From positions 1,411,807 through 1,443,806 of the forward strand of contig NC_013771.1 of NCBI RefSeq assembly GCF_000025125.1: a stretch of DNA of 32,000 bases, in the 5' to 3' direction. The position numbers and the translations under genes are program-made. The notes under the pieces were generated by a model that did not search any database, was not told where the DNA came from, and saw only the letters and a list, made by a program, of their open reading frames with translations. Below, one piece after another: positions 18,961-29,204 of the stretch; position 1 is the first letter of the stretch, and each line of letters begins with the position of its first letter. Source of the stretch: Candidatus Atelocyanobacterium thalassa isolate ALOHA. GTDB lineage: Bacteria; Cyanobacteriota; Cyanobacteriia; Cyanobacteriales; Microcystaceae.

Positions 18961-18995
18961 CTTTAACCAATTTTAAATTATATCTTTGGTTAAAG
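18961..18995 (+). terminator. Weak stem-loop downstream of dnaK
   Basis: CTTTAACCAA (18961-18970), 15-nt AT loop, TTGGTTAAAG (18986-18995). The 10-bp stem is perfect, but the loop is large and there is no U-tail. Confidence 0.3.
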
Positions 18996-19224
18996 AGTAA
19001 AATTAATATCGGTTTATTCAGTAGGCGAAAGAATTGCTAATTGCCAATATTATGCATACTGAAGATATAAGATATGTATAAATTAATCCTAAATCATGTC
19101 TTTTTTTTTAGAAAAAACATCTCTTATACTATTTTTTACTTTCTAAAATTATTTTTTTACCAGTAATTATTGACTTTTTTAAAAAAAAGTCTTAACTTTA
19201 ACAAGTTGTTAAAGGTATGAATAT

Positions 19225-20055
19225 ATGACGATTGAATCACCTATTCCAGTTATTGTTAATGGTGCTGGAGGAAAAATGGGGCGTGAAGTAATTAAACATG
19301 TTTCCCTGTCTAAGGATATGGTATTGATAGGTGCTGTAGATAAGAATTCTAATTATCTTGGAAAAGATATTGGGGAATTAGTTGGAATTGGAAACTTGGA
19401 AATTCCTGTTATTAATGATTTAGAAAGTATGTTGATAACAGCTACGCAAGAAAAAGTACCAGGAGTCATAGTTGACTTTACTCATCCAAGTAATGTGTAC
19501 AACAATATAAGAACAGCAATTGCTTATGGAGTACGCCCTGTCGTTGGAACTACAGGGGGATTAACAGAAGAACAACTAAAAGATTTAGAAGAGTTTTCAG
19601 ATAAAGCAAGTACTGGATGTCTAGTTATTCCCAACTTTTCTATAGGGATAGTATTACTTCAAAAAGCTGCTATACAAGCTTCAAAGTACTTTGATGATGT
19701 TGAAATAGTTGAATCCCATCATAATCACAAAGTAGATGCTCCAAGCGGTACAGCAATTCAAACAGCTCAAATGTTATCCAATTCTGGAAAAATTTATAAT
19801 ACTTCTTCTAAAGAAGAGACAGAAACTACAGGATCTTCTAGAGGCTGTTTAGCATCTAATAACGTTAATATACATAGTATTCGTTTGCCTGGTTTAATTG
19901 CTCATCAAGAAGTGATTTTTGGTTCTGAAGGACAAGTTTATACTCTTCGTCATGATACTAGTAATCGTACATGTTATATGCCTGGAGTCTTACTTGCTAT
20001 AAGACAAGTAACTCAACTGAAGCATCTAGTTTATGGATTAGACAAAATTCTCTAA
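19225..20055 (+). CDS. dapB: 4-hydroxy-tetrahydrodipicolinate reductase
   Basis: 276 aa with [12 protein letters not shown] (NAD(P) binding) and [15 protein letters not shown] (the DapB signature). Confidence 0.93.
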   Translation: MTIESPIPVIVNGAGGKMGREVIKHVSLSKDMVLIGAVDKNSNYLGKDIGELVGIGNLEIPVINDLESMLITATQEKVPGVIVDFTHPSNVYNNIRTAIAYGVRPVVGTTGGLTEEQLKDLEEFSDKASTGCLVIPNFSIGIVLLQKAAIQASKYFDDVEIVESHHNHKVDAPSGTAIQTAQMLSNSGKIYNTSSKEETETTGSSRGCLASNNVNIHSIRLPGLIAHQEVIFGSEGQVYTLRHDTSNRTCYMPGVLLAIRQVTQLKHLVYGLDKIL

Positions 20056-20104
20056 GTAAAATTAATATTTAATAACTATACTTTTGCTTATAAAGCATGA
20101 AAAC

Positions 20105-21316
20105 TTAATTCTTATTATGTAAAGAATTGTGTTTTAGTCCAGACAAAATAATATCTTTCTCGACTTTACTTAACCCTTTCCCTTGAATTAATACTTTAAA
20201 ACGGCCTAATCCTCCAGGATCTATCAACTGACGTAGGCTATCTCTTCTGGCTAATACATCTGATAATTTATATTTATTGGAAGATAACTCAGCTAAACGT
20301 TCACCCAGGCCTAAATTAATAAAAAACAATTCTTGTTGAGTTAATCCAATTAGTTCCAAACCTAATAGATTACCTTGTATCTCCATAGCTGAAAAATCTA
20401 CGTGAGCAGTTATATCCTGAGATCCAAGATTAATATAAGGATTGCAATGATAACGATGTTGATAGTAACAACTTAAAGTACCTTGGTACCTTTGCGGATG
20501 ATAATATTTAGAAGCAATATGCCCATAATCGATTGTAACTAAATATCCTTTCTTAATTTTATGCGATACAGTCTCTAGCCAATTTAAAGCTTTTAAGTTG
20601 ACTTCTGTTCTATAGTTTTCTGGATAATGTTGACTAGTTAAATCTATATTAATTAATTGAAAATATTCCAGCAATTGAGAGGTCGATAGTTCTTGGATAG
20701 TTTCTTCAATATTACCTTCTCTGACAGTAACATATACCTCTTTAAGCTCTTTATCTTGAACAATAATTTGATGTACCGGAAAAGCGTCTATTAGTTCATT
20801 ACTGAAAATACATCCAACTACTGAATTATTAGAGATATCTTCCCACGAGCTCCACTTTATTTTACTGAAATGTTTTAAATGTTCTTTTTGTTTTTTGATT
20901 AATGCTTCGGATTCTTCAATAATAATATAGTCAAGTATTTGATAGAATTCAGGATATTTTTTTTCCAGATATTTGAGTATGTCAGAAGCCAAGACAGCAT
21001 AACCAGCGCCTACTTCAATCAAAGTAAATTTATTAGAACAACCTAAAGTTTCAGCCATCTCTTTAAATTGTTCTGCTAATAATTCTCCAAAATCAGGACC
21101 TAATGAAGAAGATGTGAAGAAATCTCCTTCCGATCCAATATTTACGTTTCCAGAGCCATAGTATCCCTGTTGTGAATCATATAAGACTAGATTCATATAA
21201 TCGAAAAAAGTAATGCACTTATTAGTGGTTGATTGAACTTTATCATTAACAATGTCTAATATACTTCGCATACTCTTAAAATCATGAAAAATATTATTTT
21301 TTGTAGCTAATATCAT
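20105..21316 (-). CDS. class I SAM-dependent methyltransferase, MidA/NDUFAF7-like (COG1565)
   Basis: 403 aa. FF.YM..VLYD...GYY...G..GDF.TS and the LIEVGAGYAVLA (GxGxG) block are typical of the DUF185 family. Confidence 0.65.
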   Translation of the reverse strand: MILATKNNIFHDFKSMRSILDIVNDKVQSTTNKCITFFDYMNLVLYDSQQGYYGSGNVNIGSEGDFFTSSSLGPDFGELLAEQFKEMAETLGCSNKFTLIEVGAGYAVLASDILKYLEKKYPEFYQILDYIIIEESEALIKKQKEHLKHFSKIKWSSWEDISNNSVVGCIFSNELIDAFPVHQIIVQDKELKEVYVTVREGNIEETIQELSTSQLLEYFQLINIDLTSQHYPENYRTEVNLKALNWLETVSHKIKKGYLVTIDYGHIASKYYHPQRYQGTLSCYYQHRYHCNPYINLGSQDITAHVDFSAMEIQGNLLGLELIGLTQQELFFINLGLGERLAELSSNKYKLSDVLARRDSLRQLIDPGGLGRFKVLIQGKGLSKVEKDIILSGLKHNSLHNKN

Positions 21317-21543
21317 TATGATACTAATACTAAATCGTTGTTTGAATACTTAAGTTAAGATATATCTTTTTAAGTTTTATTGAATTAGGCAACATCTTTA
21401 ATATGAGATTTGCTCTTTAATTTAAAAAAAATTAAATGATTAATCTAAAAACAATCGATGGTATGATGCAACTTAACAGATAAAAGACATAACTTATTTA
21501 TCTTTTTTATGTAAAATTTTAAGATCTAAGTAGAGAATTTACT

Positions 21544-21753
21544 ATGCTTATTAAAGAGTTACAACCTATCGCAAAAGAATTTATTCAACAACCTCTTGCT
21601 TTTACTGGTGGATTCGTTTCTAGTATGCTCAAATTAAAAATAACAGATGATCCTTTGAAAAAATGGTTACAAAAGCAAGGATTGAATTCTTGTAAGTTTC
21701 ACGACGATCTTGACGAAAAAAGATCAGGACCTCAGAATATATCAATTGATTAG
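21544..21753 (+). CDS. small hypothetical protein (69 aa)
   Basis: ATG start, isolated ORF in its own spacer. The N-terminal half (ELQPIAKEFIQQPLAFTGGFVSSMLKLKITDDPLKKWLQKQG) looks like a conserved cyanobacterial small protein, but I cannot name a family. Confidence 0.4.
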   Translation: MLIKELQPIAKEFIQQPLAFTGGFVSSMLKLKITDDPLKKWLQKQGLNSCKFHDDLDEKRSGPQNISID

Positions 21754-21856
21754 CATTGGTATCGAAACATTTTTTATTGCAGAAGCTTTATCTTGTTTAT
21801 TTAAATAATTCATCACCATAAAAAATGATTGATTTATGATCTAATCAATTAAGATA

Positions 21857-23275
21857 TTAACAATGTGTTGTTGAAAATTTTGAATAATTAGCACAATGTA
21901 TTAAAAATCTTCTTGGAATCTTTAAAGAGTTGCCAAAATGTAAGTGTAAATAGGAAGCATGAATATTATAATTACACCATCCTTCTGTATAACTTGAAAC
22001 TTGTCCATACCAGCTCGAAAGTTTAAAAAGAGGATAAGAAGATCTAATGGTTAACGTAGAATGGTGAAATTCATGACCCCAAACAGTTTCACCTGGCTTA
22101 AATATAAATCCTGAATTATATGCTATCGCCTGTCTATAGCCTAAAGTTAAATGACGCTCCATTTTTGCAGTAGTTGGCAATATTCCTGTCATTGGCCAAG
22201 AATCTCCTTCTAAAGTAATAATATTTTTACAGAGATACATGAGACCTCCACATTCTGCATATAGCGGTATACCTTTAGAAATGGCTAATTTTAAAGATTT
22301 TATGGCTCTTTTATTGCTTGATAATGATTGAGTAAACATTTCTGGAAATCCTCCTCCTATATAAATTCCAACAATATCTTTTGGTAGAATTTCATTTTTT
22401 AGAGGACTCCAGTAAATTAATTCAGCGCCTAAATCCTCTAACAAATCTAAGTTGTCAGCGTAATAAAAGTTAAATGCTTTATCATTTGCAACTGCTATTT
22501 TAAGGCGAGTAGAGGAACTTACAGGAAGTTGATAAGGTAATACATCGTTATTGTGGTAACTAGTTTGAACTTTTGATTTCTTAACTAAAAAATCCCAATC
22601 AAGACAGCTTTGAGCTAAGTAGGCTAGTTTCTCAAAAAGTATTTCAAGATTATTTAGTTCATCAACAGGAATTAATCCAAGGTGACGATGTGGAATTGTT
22701 AAATTATCTTGATAGTAAATACACCCCAGTATTAAAACCTTAGTAGATTGTAAAGATTCTTTTAATAATGCCAAATGGCGTTGGCTTTTGACCTGGTTTA
22801 AAATTACTCCTAAGATATTTATATTAGGATCTAGGAAACGGTAACCATATACAATTGCAGCTATAGATATTGAAAGACGACTACAATCAATAACAAGAAC
22901 TATTGGAATATTTAACAACAACCCTACATGAGCAGTACTAGAGTAATGCAACATACTTTCATCTTTAGTATTGTTATTAACTTTACTTAATGGAACTCCA
23001 TCAAATAAACCCATAACTCCTTCTATAAGTGCATAATCAGCTCCTTGACAATTCTTGTGAAAACAATATTTAACATAATCTTCAGAAGTCATTAAAGGAT
23101 CTAAATTACGACAATTTCTCCCAGTAATGTAAGTATGAAACATAGGATCTATATAGTCTGGGCCAACCTTAAAAGGTTGAACTTTTACTTTTTTTTGACG
23201 TAAAAACGACAATAAAGCAAGAGTTATAGTTGTCTTACCAGTCCCACTACGATCACCTGCAATTATTAAAGCCAT
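21857..23275 (-). CDS. cobB: cobyrinate a,c-diamide synthase
   Basis: 472 aa. It has the N-terminal P-loop GDRSGTGKTTITLAL, KVGPDYIDP, and a C-terminal GATase with YAECGGLMYL. Confidence 0.9.
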   Translation of the reverse strand: MALIIAGDRSGTGKTTITLALLSFLRQKKVKVQPFKVGPDYIDPMFHTYITGRNCRNLDPLMTSEDYVKYCFHKNCQGADYALIEGVMGLFDGVPLSKVNNNTKDESMLHYSSTAHVGLLLNIPIVLVIDCSRLSISIAAIVYGYRFLDPNINILGVILNQVKSQRHLALLKESLQSTKVLILGCIYYQDNLTIPHRHLGLIPVDELNNLEILFEKLAYLAQSCLDWDFLVKKSKVQTSYHNNDVLPYQLPVSSSTRLKIAVANDKAFNFYYADNLDLLEDLGAELIYWSPLKNEILPKDIVGIYIGGGFPEMFTQSLSSNKRAIKSLKLAISKGIPLYAECGGLMYLCKNIITLEGDSWPMTGILPTTAKMERHLTLGYRQAIAYNSGFIFKPGETVWGHEFHHSTLTIRSSYPLFKLSSWYGQVSSYTEGWCNYNIHASYLHLHFGNSLKIPRRFLIHCANYSKFSTTHC

Positions 23276-23404
23276 TACATTTACCTGTAATTTTAATAAA
23301 ATTAATTTTTGGGAAAATTCTTTCCTATTTGAATATTTTATTTTTCAAAATAGTTCTGTTATGTTTTTTATTCATGTGTTGAATTTCTTAACAGAAAAGA
23401 TATT

Positions 23405-24178
23405 TTATTGATTTAAGCACTGAGAACAAAAATTTATAATATCAGATATTTGTTCTGTAGATTTAGGATAATTTATACTAGGACGTTGGATAATAATCAG
23501 AGATGTTCCCAGTATTTTAGAAACTTTTTTCTTTATATCTTCTCCACCTTGTTTCCCTGAAGCTTTTGTGACCACTATATCAATTTTCCATTGCTCCCAT
23601 ATGGCTTTTTCTAATTCTAAATTTATAGGAGGACGTAGACTAATAATATGTTTTTCTTTAAACCCTGCAGCTAAAGCTATTTCAAGAGAGCTCAATCTGG
23701 GTAGAATTCGTGTAAATAGGAGAGATTTTTCGTGCCATAATTTAAACATGGGTAAAAATTTACAACCTATCGTAAGTAGAACTCTTTTATTAGTTAAATA
23801 TTCTTTTTCGATTAAAGTCTCTAAGCTATCTAAATAAGTTATCTGAGAATCTATAGGAAGAGAAGATCTTTGATAATTTATATATGGTATTCCAGAAGAT
23901 TGAGCTATACTTATTGCCTGTTGCGAAATATTTTCAGCGAATGGATGTGATGCATCAATAATTCCTTTAATTTTTTCTTGGTAGCAAAAGTTCCGGATAT
24001 CTTTTGTGCTAAGTCTACCTATTCTTAGGTTGATTTTGGGGGCTTCTTTATATAAATCAATAGCTTGTGAAGTCGTCGCTGTAGCTATACAAGGAAAAAA
24101 ATTATTAGTGATGATTTTTGCTATTTTAGCACTATCTCCTGTCCCTCCGATTAACCAAAGTTTTCCATTAGTTTTCAT
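23405..24178 (-). CDS. cobK: precorrin-6A / cobalt-precorrin-6A reductase
   Basis: 257 aa. LWLIGGTGDS, IIDASHPFAENISQQA and GIPYINYQR match the CobK/CbiJ pattern. It lies 129 nt upstream of cobB on the same strand. Confidence 0.85.
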   Translation of the reverse strand: MKTNGKLWLIGGTGDSAKIAKIITNNFFPCIATATTSQAIDLYKEAPKINLRIGRLSTKDIRNFCYQEKIKGIIDASHPFAENISQQAISIAQSSGIPYINYQRSSLPIDSQITYLDSLETLIEKEYLTNKRVLLTIGCKFLPMFKLWHEKSLLFTRILPRLSSLEIALAAGFKEKHIISLRPPINLELEKAIWEQWKIDIVVTKASGKQGGEDIKKKVSKILGTSLIIIQRPSINYPKSTEQISDIINFCSQCLNQ

Positions 24179-24514
24179 AAATTAAGCTAAGAACACAATA
24201 TTTCTATGATATTTTATTTAAAAATAAATTTAGTTGTTATAACTTTATCTAAATACTCAGCTAGGATAGCGCTTAATATATCTAATTATTAACTAAACGT
24301 ACGCTTAATAGTGATTTAGTTATTGATATTGAAAAAATTCATTTATATACATTTATCGCATAAAAACATTATTAAAGTAACTATAGATTGATATAAAGTT
24401 ATAAAAAATTTAAGATTATTTAAGTTTTATTTTTTTGTGAGCAAACTTTAAGAAGAGCGGTTATGATTACAAACATAGCATGTTAAATTGTTCAAAATTT
24501 AAGTAAATTTATCA

Positions 24515-24916
24515 ATGGTTAATCTCTTCAAATTGTTCCTTAACTTCAATGTTATTTTATATTTACTAGGTACTTCTTCTGTTTATGCTCAATCTCTAAG
24601 GCAATATAAGAATATCAATTTAAAACAATTCCAAGAGTGCATAAAGCCTCCAGGATCTAATGGTTCTGAGCAAGGATGGGCAGATTATTACGGAGAAAAT
24701 AATGGGAAAATAGAATTAAAAGTAAAGAACCAACCTATGATCTCCGATGGAACTGTTGCTGCTAAGCTAAACTATGAATTTAAACCATTGAAAAAAACTT
24801 TAACTTTAGAGATACTAGAAAAAACTAAATTTATGTTCGGCATGGTTGAAGCTTCAGACCAGCAAATTTGGGAAGGTTTTGATGGTTTAGTAGAAGAATG
24901 TCAAAAATATGATTAA
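24515..24916 (+). CDS. hypothetical secreted protein (133 aa)
   Basis: Signal-peptide-like N-terminus (LFLNFNVILYLLGTSSVYA-QS) and two Cys residues (possible disulfide). I recognise no family. Confidence 0.4.
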   Translation: MVNLFKLFLNFNVILYLLGTSSVYAQSLRQYKNINLKQFQECIKPPGSNGSEQGWADYYGENNGKIELKVKNQPMISDGTVAAKLNYEFKPLKKTLTLEILEKTKFMFGMVEASDQQIWEGFDGLVEECQKYD

Positions 24917-24949
24917 AAGTTTTTTAAAGGTTTATTTCAAGCTTTTTTA

Positions 24950-25850
24950 CTAAACTTTTTTTATCTTACATATTCTATAGGCACACCATTGCTCTTTTTG
25001 AGAGTAGTTAGTTACAGTCCATCCATGTTTTTCTAATATATTCACAACACTCTCTGATTGACTTAATAAAATTCCACTCAGGATCATCCACGTATTGGGT
25101 TGTGCTAACTTGGAGAGCTTTTGGAAATTTATCAATTATTGTCTCAGCTAAAATATTACAAATAATTCCGCCAAACTTGTTAGGCATTAATTCTGATAAT
25201 TTATCAATACTCTGTTGATAAATTGTTAAAATATTTGGATTAATCTGGTTGATATGTTGATTTTTCTGTGCTACGCTCACCGCCAAAGAATCTATATCAA
25301 TAGCGTGTACTTTGTTTGCTCCTAGTAAAGCAGCGGCGATCGCTAAAACACCTGAACCTGTACCAATATCTAAAATTGATATGTTTTCTAAATGATTAGC
25401 TAAGCACATTTCTAAGAAATTCAAAGATAATTGCGTAGTAGGATGAGTACCTGTACCAAATACTGTTCCTGGATCAAGTCGTAAAATTAATTTTTCTGTA
25501 CTTCTAGGGATAGTTAACCAAGCAGGATAAATGAGAAAATGCTGGCCTATCTCAGTAGGTTGCCAATATTTTTTCCATCTATTACTCCAGTCCTCATCAT
25601 TAATTAGTTTCCAGCAAGCAAGTGGCTTAGGTAGATACAGATTTAAAGCATCTTGATGTAACCAAAAGAATAAAGTAGAAATTTCTAAAGATTGATATTT
25701 TAACTTCGGGATATAAGCTTGGATCGTATAAAACTTTCCCCTGAATTCTCTTGATGCACCCAAGCATCCGAACTGCTCTAGACGCCAGCATATTGAATCC
25801 TCTAAATTAGGATGGCATAAGATTGTAATTTCCCACCAATTAGTTGACAT
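24950..25850 (-). pseudogene. prmA: ribosomal protein L11 methyltransferase; frame broken once near the 3' end (T4 run 25119-25122 on the + strand)
   Basis: ORF 25008-25850 has the PrmA core (LDPGTVFGTGTHPTTQL, ILDIGTGSGVLAIAA). After ...ICNILAETIIDKFPK it runs into unrelated sequence. The overlapping ORF 24950-25135 encodes the expected PrmA C-terminus, LSKLAQPNTWMILSGILLSQSESVVNILEKHGWTV....EQWCAYRI. Confidence 0.8.
25336..25343. repeat. Single HIP1 octamer GCGATCGC
   Basis: Seen inside prmA, where it encodes part of AIAA. It is the only full copy I found by eye in the window. Truncated copies (CGATCGC, GATCGC) occur at about 29357, 6636 and 18558. Confidence 0.6.
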
Positions 25851-25928
25851 AAAGCTAAAATAGTTGCGATCATTGACAAAAAATTCAGCAAATATTTTTA
25901 CTAAATCTATAAATTTAAAAAATAATAC

Positions 25929-27506
25929 TCAAAGTTTAATTGTGTAAGCGTCTCTAATACCTGTCACTTTCATAATTTCTAACAATAAGCTATCAGGCAA
26001 AGGATCGTCTAGACTAACAGCCATTACTGCATCTCCTCGCACAATTTTACGTCCTACCTGCATGCTAGCAATATTAACGTTAAAACTACCTAATAATGAA
26101 CCAATTTTTCCAATGATTCCTGGCATATCACGATGAATAGTAAATAACATATGATTGCTAGGAGGAACATTAATAGGGAATAGATCCACATTAGTAATAC
26201 GAATTTCGCCATCACTCAACAATGTTCCTGTAACTGAATGTTCTCCCAAAGAACCTTGTACAGATATATGTAAAGAAGCAGCATAATCACAAATTGAAGC
26301 ATCACGAGTTTCTATAATACGAATTCCTCTTTCTTTAGCTTCAATAGCAGCATTAACATAATTCACACGTTCTCTTAAAGCTTGCGAGAGAAGACCTTTA
26401 ATTGATGCGATAACAATAGGTTGACTTTGCATAGCAGCCAATTCTCCTTGCAAACGAACAGTTAATTTTTCAATCCTTCCTCCTGCTAATTGTCCAGCTA
26501 GATTACCTAATGTTTCAGCCAATTCTAAATAAGGACGTATCTTTTCCACTAAATCAGGAACAAGACCTGGAATATTAACTGCAGTTCTAGCTGAAAGGCC
26601 AAGCAAGACATCCCTAATCTGTTCAGCGACATCAACTGCAACATTAATCTGGGCTTCAGTAGTGGATGCCCCTAAGTGAGGAGTCAAGATAACATTATCT
26701 AAGTTTTTAAGTTTCGAATTACTTAATGGTTCTTTCTCAAACACATCTAGAGCAGCTCCGGCAATTTTTTTGTTGATAATCGCTTCAGCCAAAGCATCTT
26801 CATCAATTATCCCTCCTCTTGCACAATTAATAATACGAGCAGTAGATTTCATTTTAGACAAAGCTTTTTTGTTTATAATATGAGCCGTTTCAGGAGTTTT
26901 TGGAATATGTAAAGTAATATAGTCAGATTCTGAAAAAAGTAGTTCGAGTTCAACTAAAACACATCCTAATTGATCAGCTCTTTCATTGGAAATAAAAGGA
27001 TCATAGGCGAGTAATTTCATTCCCATGGACTTAGCAATGTTGGCTACGTGCGAACCTATCTTTCCAAGCCCAATGATTCCTAAGGTTTTTTTATAGACTT
27101 CTGCACCAATAAAAGATTTACGATCCCATCTATGTTCTTTTATGGATTGATTTGCTTGAGGAATATGCCGTGACAAAGATAACATCATCGCTAAGGTATG
27201 CTCTGCAGCCGCTATGGTATTACCTTCTGGTGAATTTACTACTACAATGCCTTGACGAGTAGCAGAAGGAATATCGATATTGTCGACTCCTACCCCTGCT
27301 CTTCCAATTATTTTTAATTGACTGCCGGCAGTAATAACTTCTTTTGTAACATAAGTACCTGAGCGTATCATTAAAGCATTATATTCAGGAATAATTTTAA
27401 TTAGCTCATCCAATGGCAATCCTATCTTTATATCTACTTGGGCTACTTGAGAGAGAATATCAATGCCGATTGGATCAATAGGATCTGAAACAAGAACTTT
27501 TGTCAT
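25929..27506 (-). CDS. serA: D-3-phosphoglycerate dehydrogenase (long form with ASB and ACT domains)
   Basis: 525 aa with GIIGLGKIGSHVA (NAD binding), the catalytic R/E/H context (NCARGGIID...TPHLGAST) and a C-terminal ACT domain. It lies upstream of prmA, the arrangement I recall from other cyanobacteria. Confidence 0.93.
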   Translation of the reverse strand: MTKVLVSDPIDPIGIDILSQVAQVDIKIGLPLDELIKIIPEYNALMIRSGTYVTKEVITAGSQLKIIGRAGVGVDNIDIPSATRQGIVVVNSPEGNTIAAAEHTLAMMLSLSRHIPQANQSIKEHRWDRKSFIGAEVYKKTLGIIGLGKIGSHVANIAKSMGMKLLAYDPFISNERADQLGCVLVELELLFSESDYITLHIPKTPETAHIINKKALSKMKSTARIINCARGGIIDEDALAEAIINKKIAGAALDVFEKEPLSNSKLKNLDNVILTPHLGASTTEAQINVAVDVAEQIRDVLLGLSARTAVNIPGLVPDLVEKIRPYLELAETLGNLAGQLAGGRIEKLTVRLQGELAAMQSQPIVIASIKGLLSQALRERVNYVNAAIEAKERGIRIIETRDASICDYAASLHISVQGSLGEHSVTGTLLSDGEIRITNVDLFPINVPPSNHMLFTIHRDMPGIIGKIGSLLGSFNVNIASMQVGRKIVRGDAVMAVSLDDPLPDSLLLEIMKVTGIRDAYTIKL

Positions 27507-27512
27507 AGGGAT

Positions 27513-27520
27513 TCCTCCTC
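27513..27520 (-). promoter_or_regulatory. Shine-Dalgarno of serA (GAGGAGGA)
   Basis: The minus strand reads GAGGAGGAATCCCT-ATG. Confidence 0.6.
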
Positions 27521-27734
27521 TTAGAGCTAATAGTATATTTGCTCAACTGTGTGATTTTAGTAAATTATTGTAACTGCTAACAAAATATTTATTGGCAAAT
27601 CGCTTAAAGTTATTACTGTTTTATTCAAAATTTTCATTCATTCTAGTAAAGTTGTATAAGATAAAGTTTGTATGGTTCAACTATCGAAAATTTAAAAACT
27701 TCTACAAATTTTTTATAATTAATCTAAATATACA

Positions 27735-27746
27735 TTGTCGATATCA
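27735..27746 (+). promoter_or_regulatory. Box 1 of repeated 12-mer TTGTCGATATCA
   Basis: Exact 12-nt match with 27824-27835, inside the 497-bp divergent serA/exbB spacer. Confidence 0.4.
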
Positions 27747-27823
27747 CTACTAAATATGATATTACAAAAACTTTATTGTATAAAAATAAATACAAATTTT
27801 TTAAAATCTTAATAGTAAATTTT

Positions 27824-27835
27824 TTGTCGATATCA
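27824..27835 (+). promoter_or_regulatory. Box 2 of repeated 12-mer TTGTCGATATCA
   Basis: Exact copy 89 bp downstream of box 1 and 169 nt upstream of the exbB ATG. Confidence 0.4.
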
Positions 27836-28003
27836 TATCTAGTGAAAAAATTAATATGCGTGATAGTATTTTATTCATTAATGTTTACTTTAAAAAATAT
27901 ATAATTGATTGATGAGTATAAGTAAATTATCAATAGGCTATTATTATAAATGTTAAATCCTTTCTCAATAGTTAATATAAATTATGGAGGTTAAATTGAA
28001 ATT

Positions 28004-28672
28004 ATGAATATCCCAGACATTATGGAGAAGGGTGGGATCGCCATGTGGCCTCTACTTCTTTTATCAATATTAGCTTTAAGTACAATTATTGAACGTTCAT
28101 TTTTTTGGATTCGATTTTTATCTAAAGAAAAGCAAATTACCAAAATTATCCTCAAAACTGCCTCCTACGACTGGGATGCAATTTTAAAAACTTCCCAAAA
28201 CCACAGTAAACATCCTATCTGTAACTTTCTTTACACTCCTTTAAAGTTAAAAGATCCAGATCCTGAAGTTTTTCATTTAGCTTTAGAATCATCAGCAGAC
28301 GATGAGTTGGCATTGATGAGGCAAGGAGATAAGCTTCTAGAAGGAGTTATTGCCTTATCTCCTTTATTGGGATTATTAGGCACTGTCTTAGGATTAATTG
28401 GTTCCTTAGGAAATATTCAAATTAGTGACTTAGGCACTTCTTCTACAAGAGGTGTAACTCTTGGAATTGGTGAAGCACTGATTTCTACTGCTGCTGGGTT
28501 GATTATTGCTATTACTAGCCTAACTTTTTATCGAATTTTTCAATCACTTTGGTTTAATAAAGTTCGAGTTTTTATAAAAATAAGTAGTGAATTGGATTTA
28601 ATTTACCAGCAACATTGGCTCAAAATTAATTCTAGTGATTCTAAAAATTTGAATGAGAATTACAATGAATAA
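28004..28672 (+). CDS. exbB: MotA/TolQ/ExbB-family proton channel
   Basis: 222 aa with three TM segments. The conserved C-terminal part [18 protein letters not shown]...[17 protein letters not shown] is typical of ExbB/TolQ. Confidence 0.85.
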   Translation: MNIPDIMEKGGIAMWPLLLLSILALSTIIERSFFWIRFLSKEKQITKIILKTASYDWDAILKTSQNHSKHPICNFLYTPLKLKDPDPEVFHLALESSADDELALMRQGDKLLEGVIALSPLLGLLGTVLGLIGSLGNIQISDLGTSSTRGVTLGIGEALISTAAGLIIAITSLTFYRIFQSLWFNKVRVFIKISSELDLIYQQHWLKINSSDSKNLNENYNE

Positions 28673-29204
28673 CAAAAACCGTCTAATTAAAAAATACAAT
28701 AGTCGAGTTAACTCTCATTCGTTAAAGTCAAAGTTATCTTCTTCTCAAGAACAAGAAGTTCGCATTGATATATTACCTATGATAGATGTGATCTTTTGCA
28801 TTTTAACTTTTTTTATTTTGGGAATAGTTGGTCTTTCTCGACAACAATCTATCAATTTAGATTTACCTCAAGCTAGTTCAGCCAAACCCCAAGTACAAAA
28901 AATGATGACAGTTAATTTAAACAGCTCTAATAAACTTTATATTGATACAAAACCAGTCACACATAATCAATTATTTAATTCTATTAAAAATTATCGAGAA
29001 TTAAACCCTGAAGGATTAGTAGTGCTACGTGCATCTAAAAAATCAAGCTATAATCAAGTTGTACAGGTTTTAGATATTCTAAAAGAAGTAGGAGAAGATA
29101 ATGTTGCTTTAGCTACTTCTTTTAAAGAAAAAGAAATATTTATGAATAAAGATAAATCTTTACCTAATACTAATTTTTCTAACCCAATAAAAAATGTAAG
29201 ATAA
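28653..29204 (+). CDS. exbD: ExbD/TolR-family protein
   Basis: 183 aa. [17 protein letters not shown] is the TM segment with the essential Asp. The periplasmic domain has ...LYIDTKPV........I........[25 protein letters not shown]. It overlaps exbB; the start may instead be ATG 28665 (8-nt overlap) rather than 28653 (20-nt overlap). Confidence 0.8.
   Translation: MRITMNNKNRLIKKYNSRVNSHSLKSKLSSSQEQEVRIDILPMIDVIFCILTFFILGIVGLSRQQSINLDLPQASSAKPQVQKMMTVNLNSSNKLYIDTKPVTHNQLFNSIKNYRELNPEGLVVLRASKKSSYNQVVQVLDILKEVGEDNVALATSFKEKEIFMNKDKSLPNTNFSNPIKNVR

Noticed and set aside
19172-19191. Palindrome GACTTTTTT/AAAAAAAAGTC with embedded TTGACT-N17-TAACTT upstream of dapB
   Set aside because: It is plausible as a promoter (-35 TTGACT), but the -10 is weak and the palindrome is just a T-run facing an A-run. 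The support is not strong enough to report as a feature.
24179-24514. Cobalamin riboswitch upstream of cobK-cobB; I also looked for TPP (CTGAGA at about 7229) and glutamine riboswitch cores elsewhere
   Set aside because: No B12-box-like GC-rich core appears on the minus strand of this spacer. The CTGAGA at 7229 lacks any of the flanking conserved helices.
27862-27880. Fur-box-like GATAGTATTTTATTCATTA upstream of exbB
   Set aside because: Only about 6 of 19 positions match the classical consensus without shifting the half-sites. Matches of that quality are expected by chance in DNA this AT-rich.
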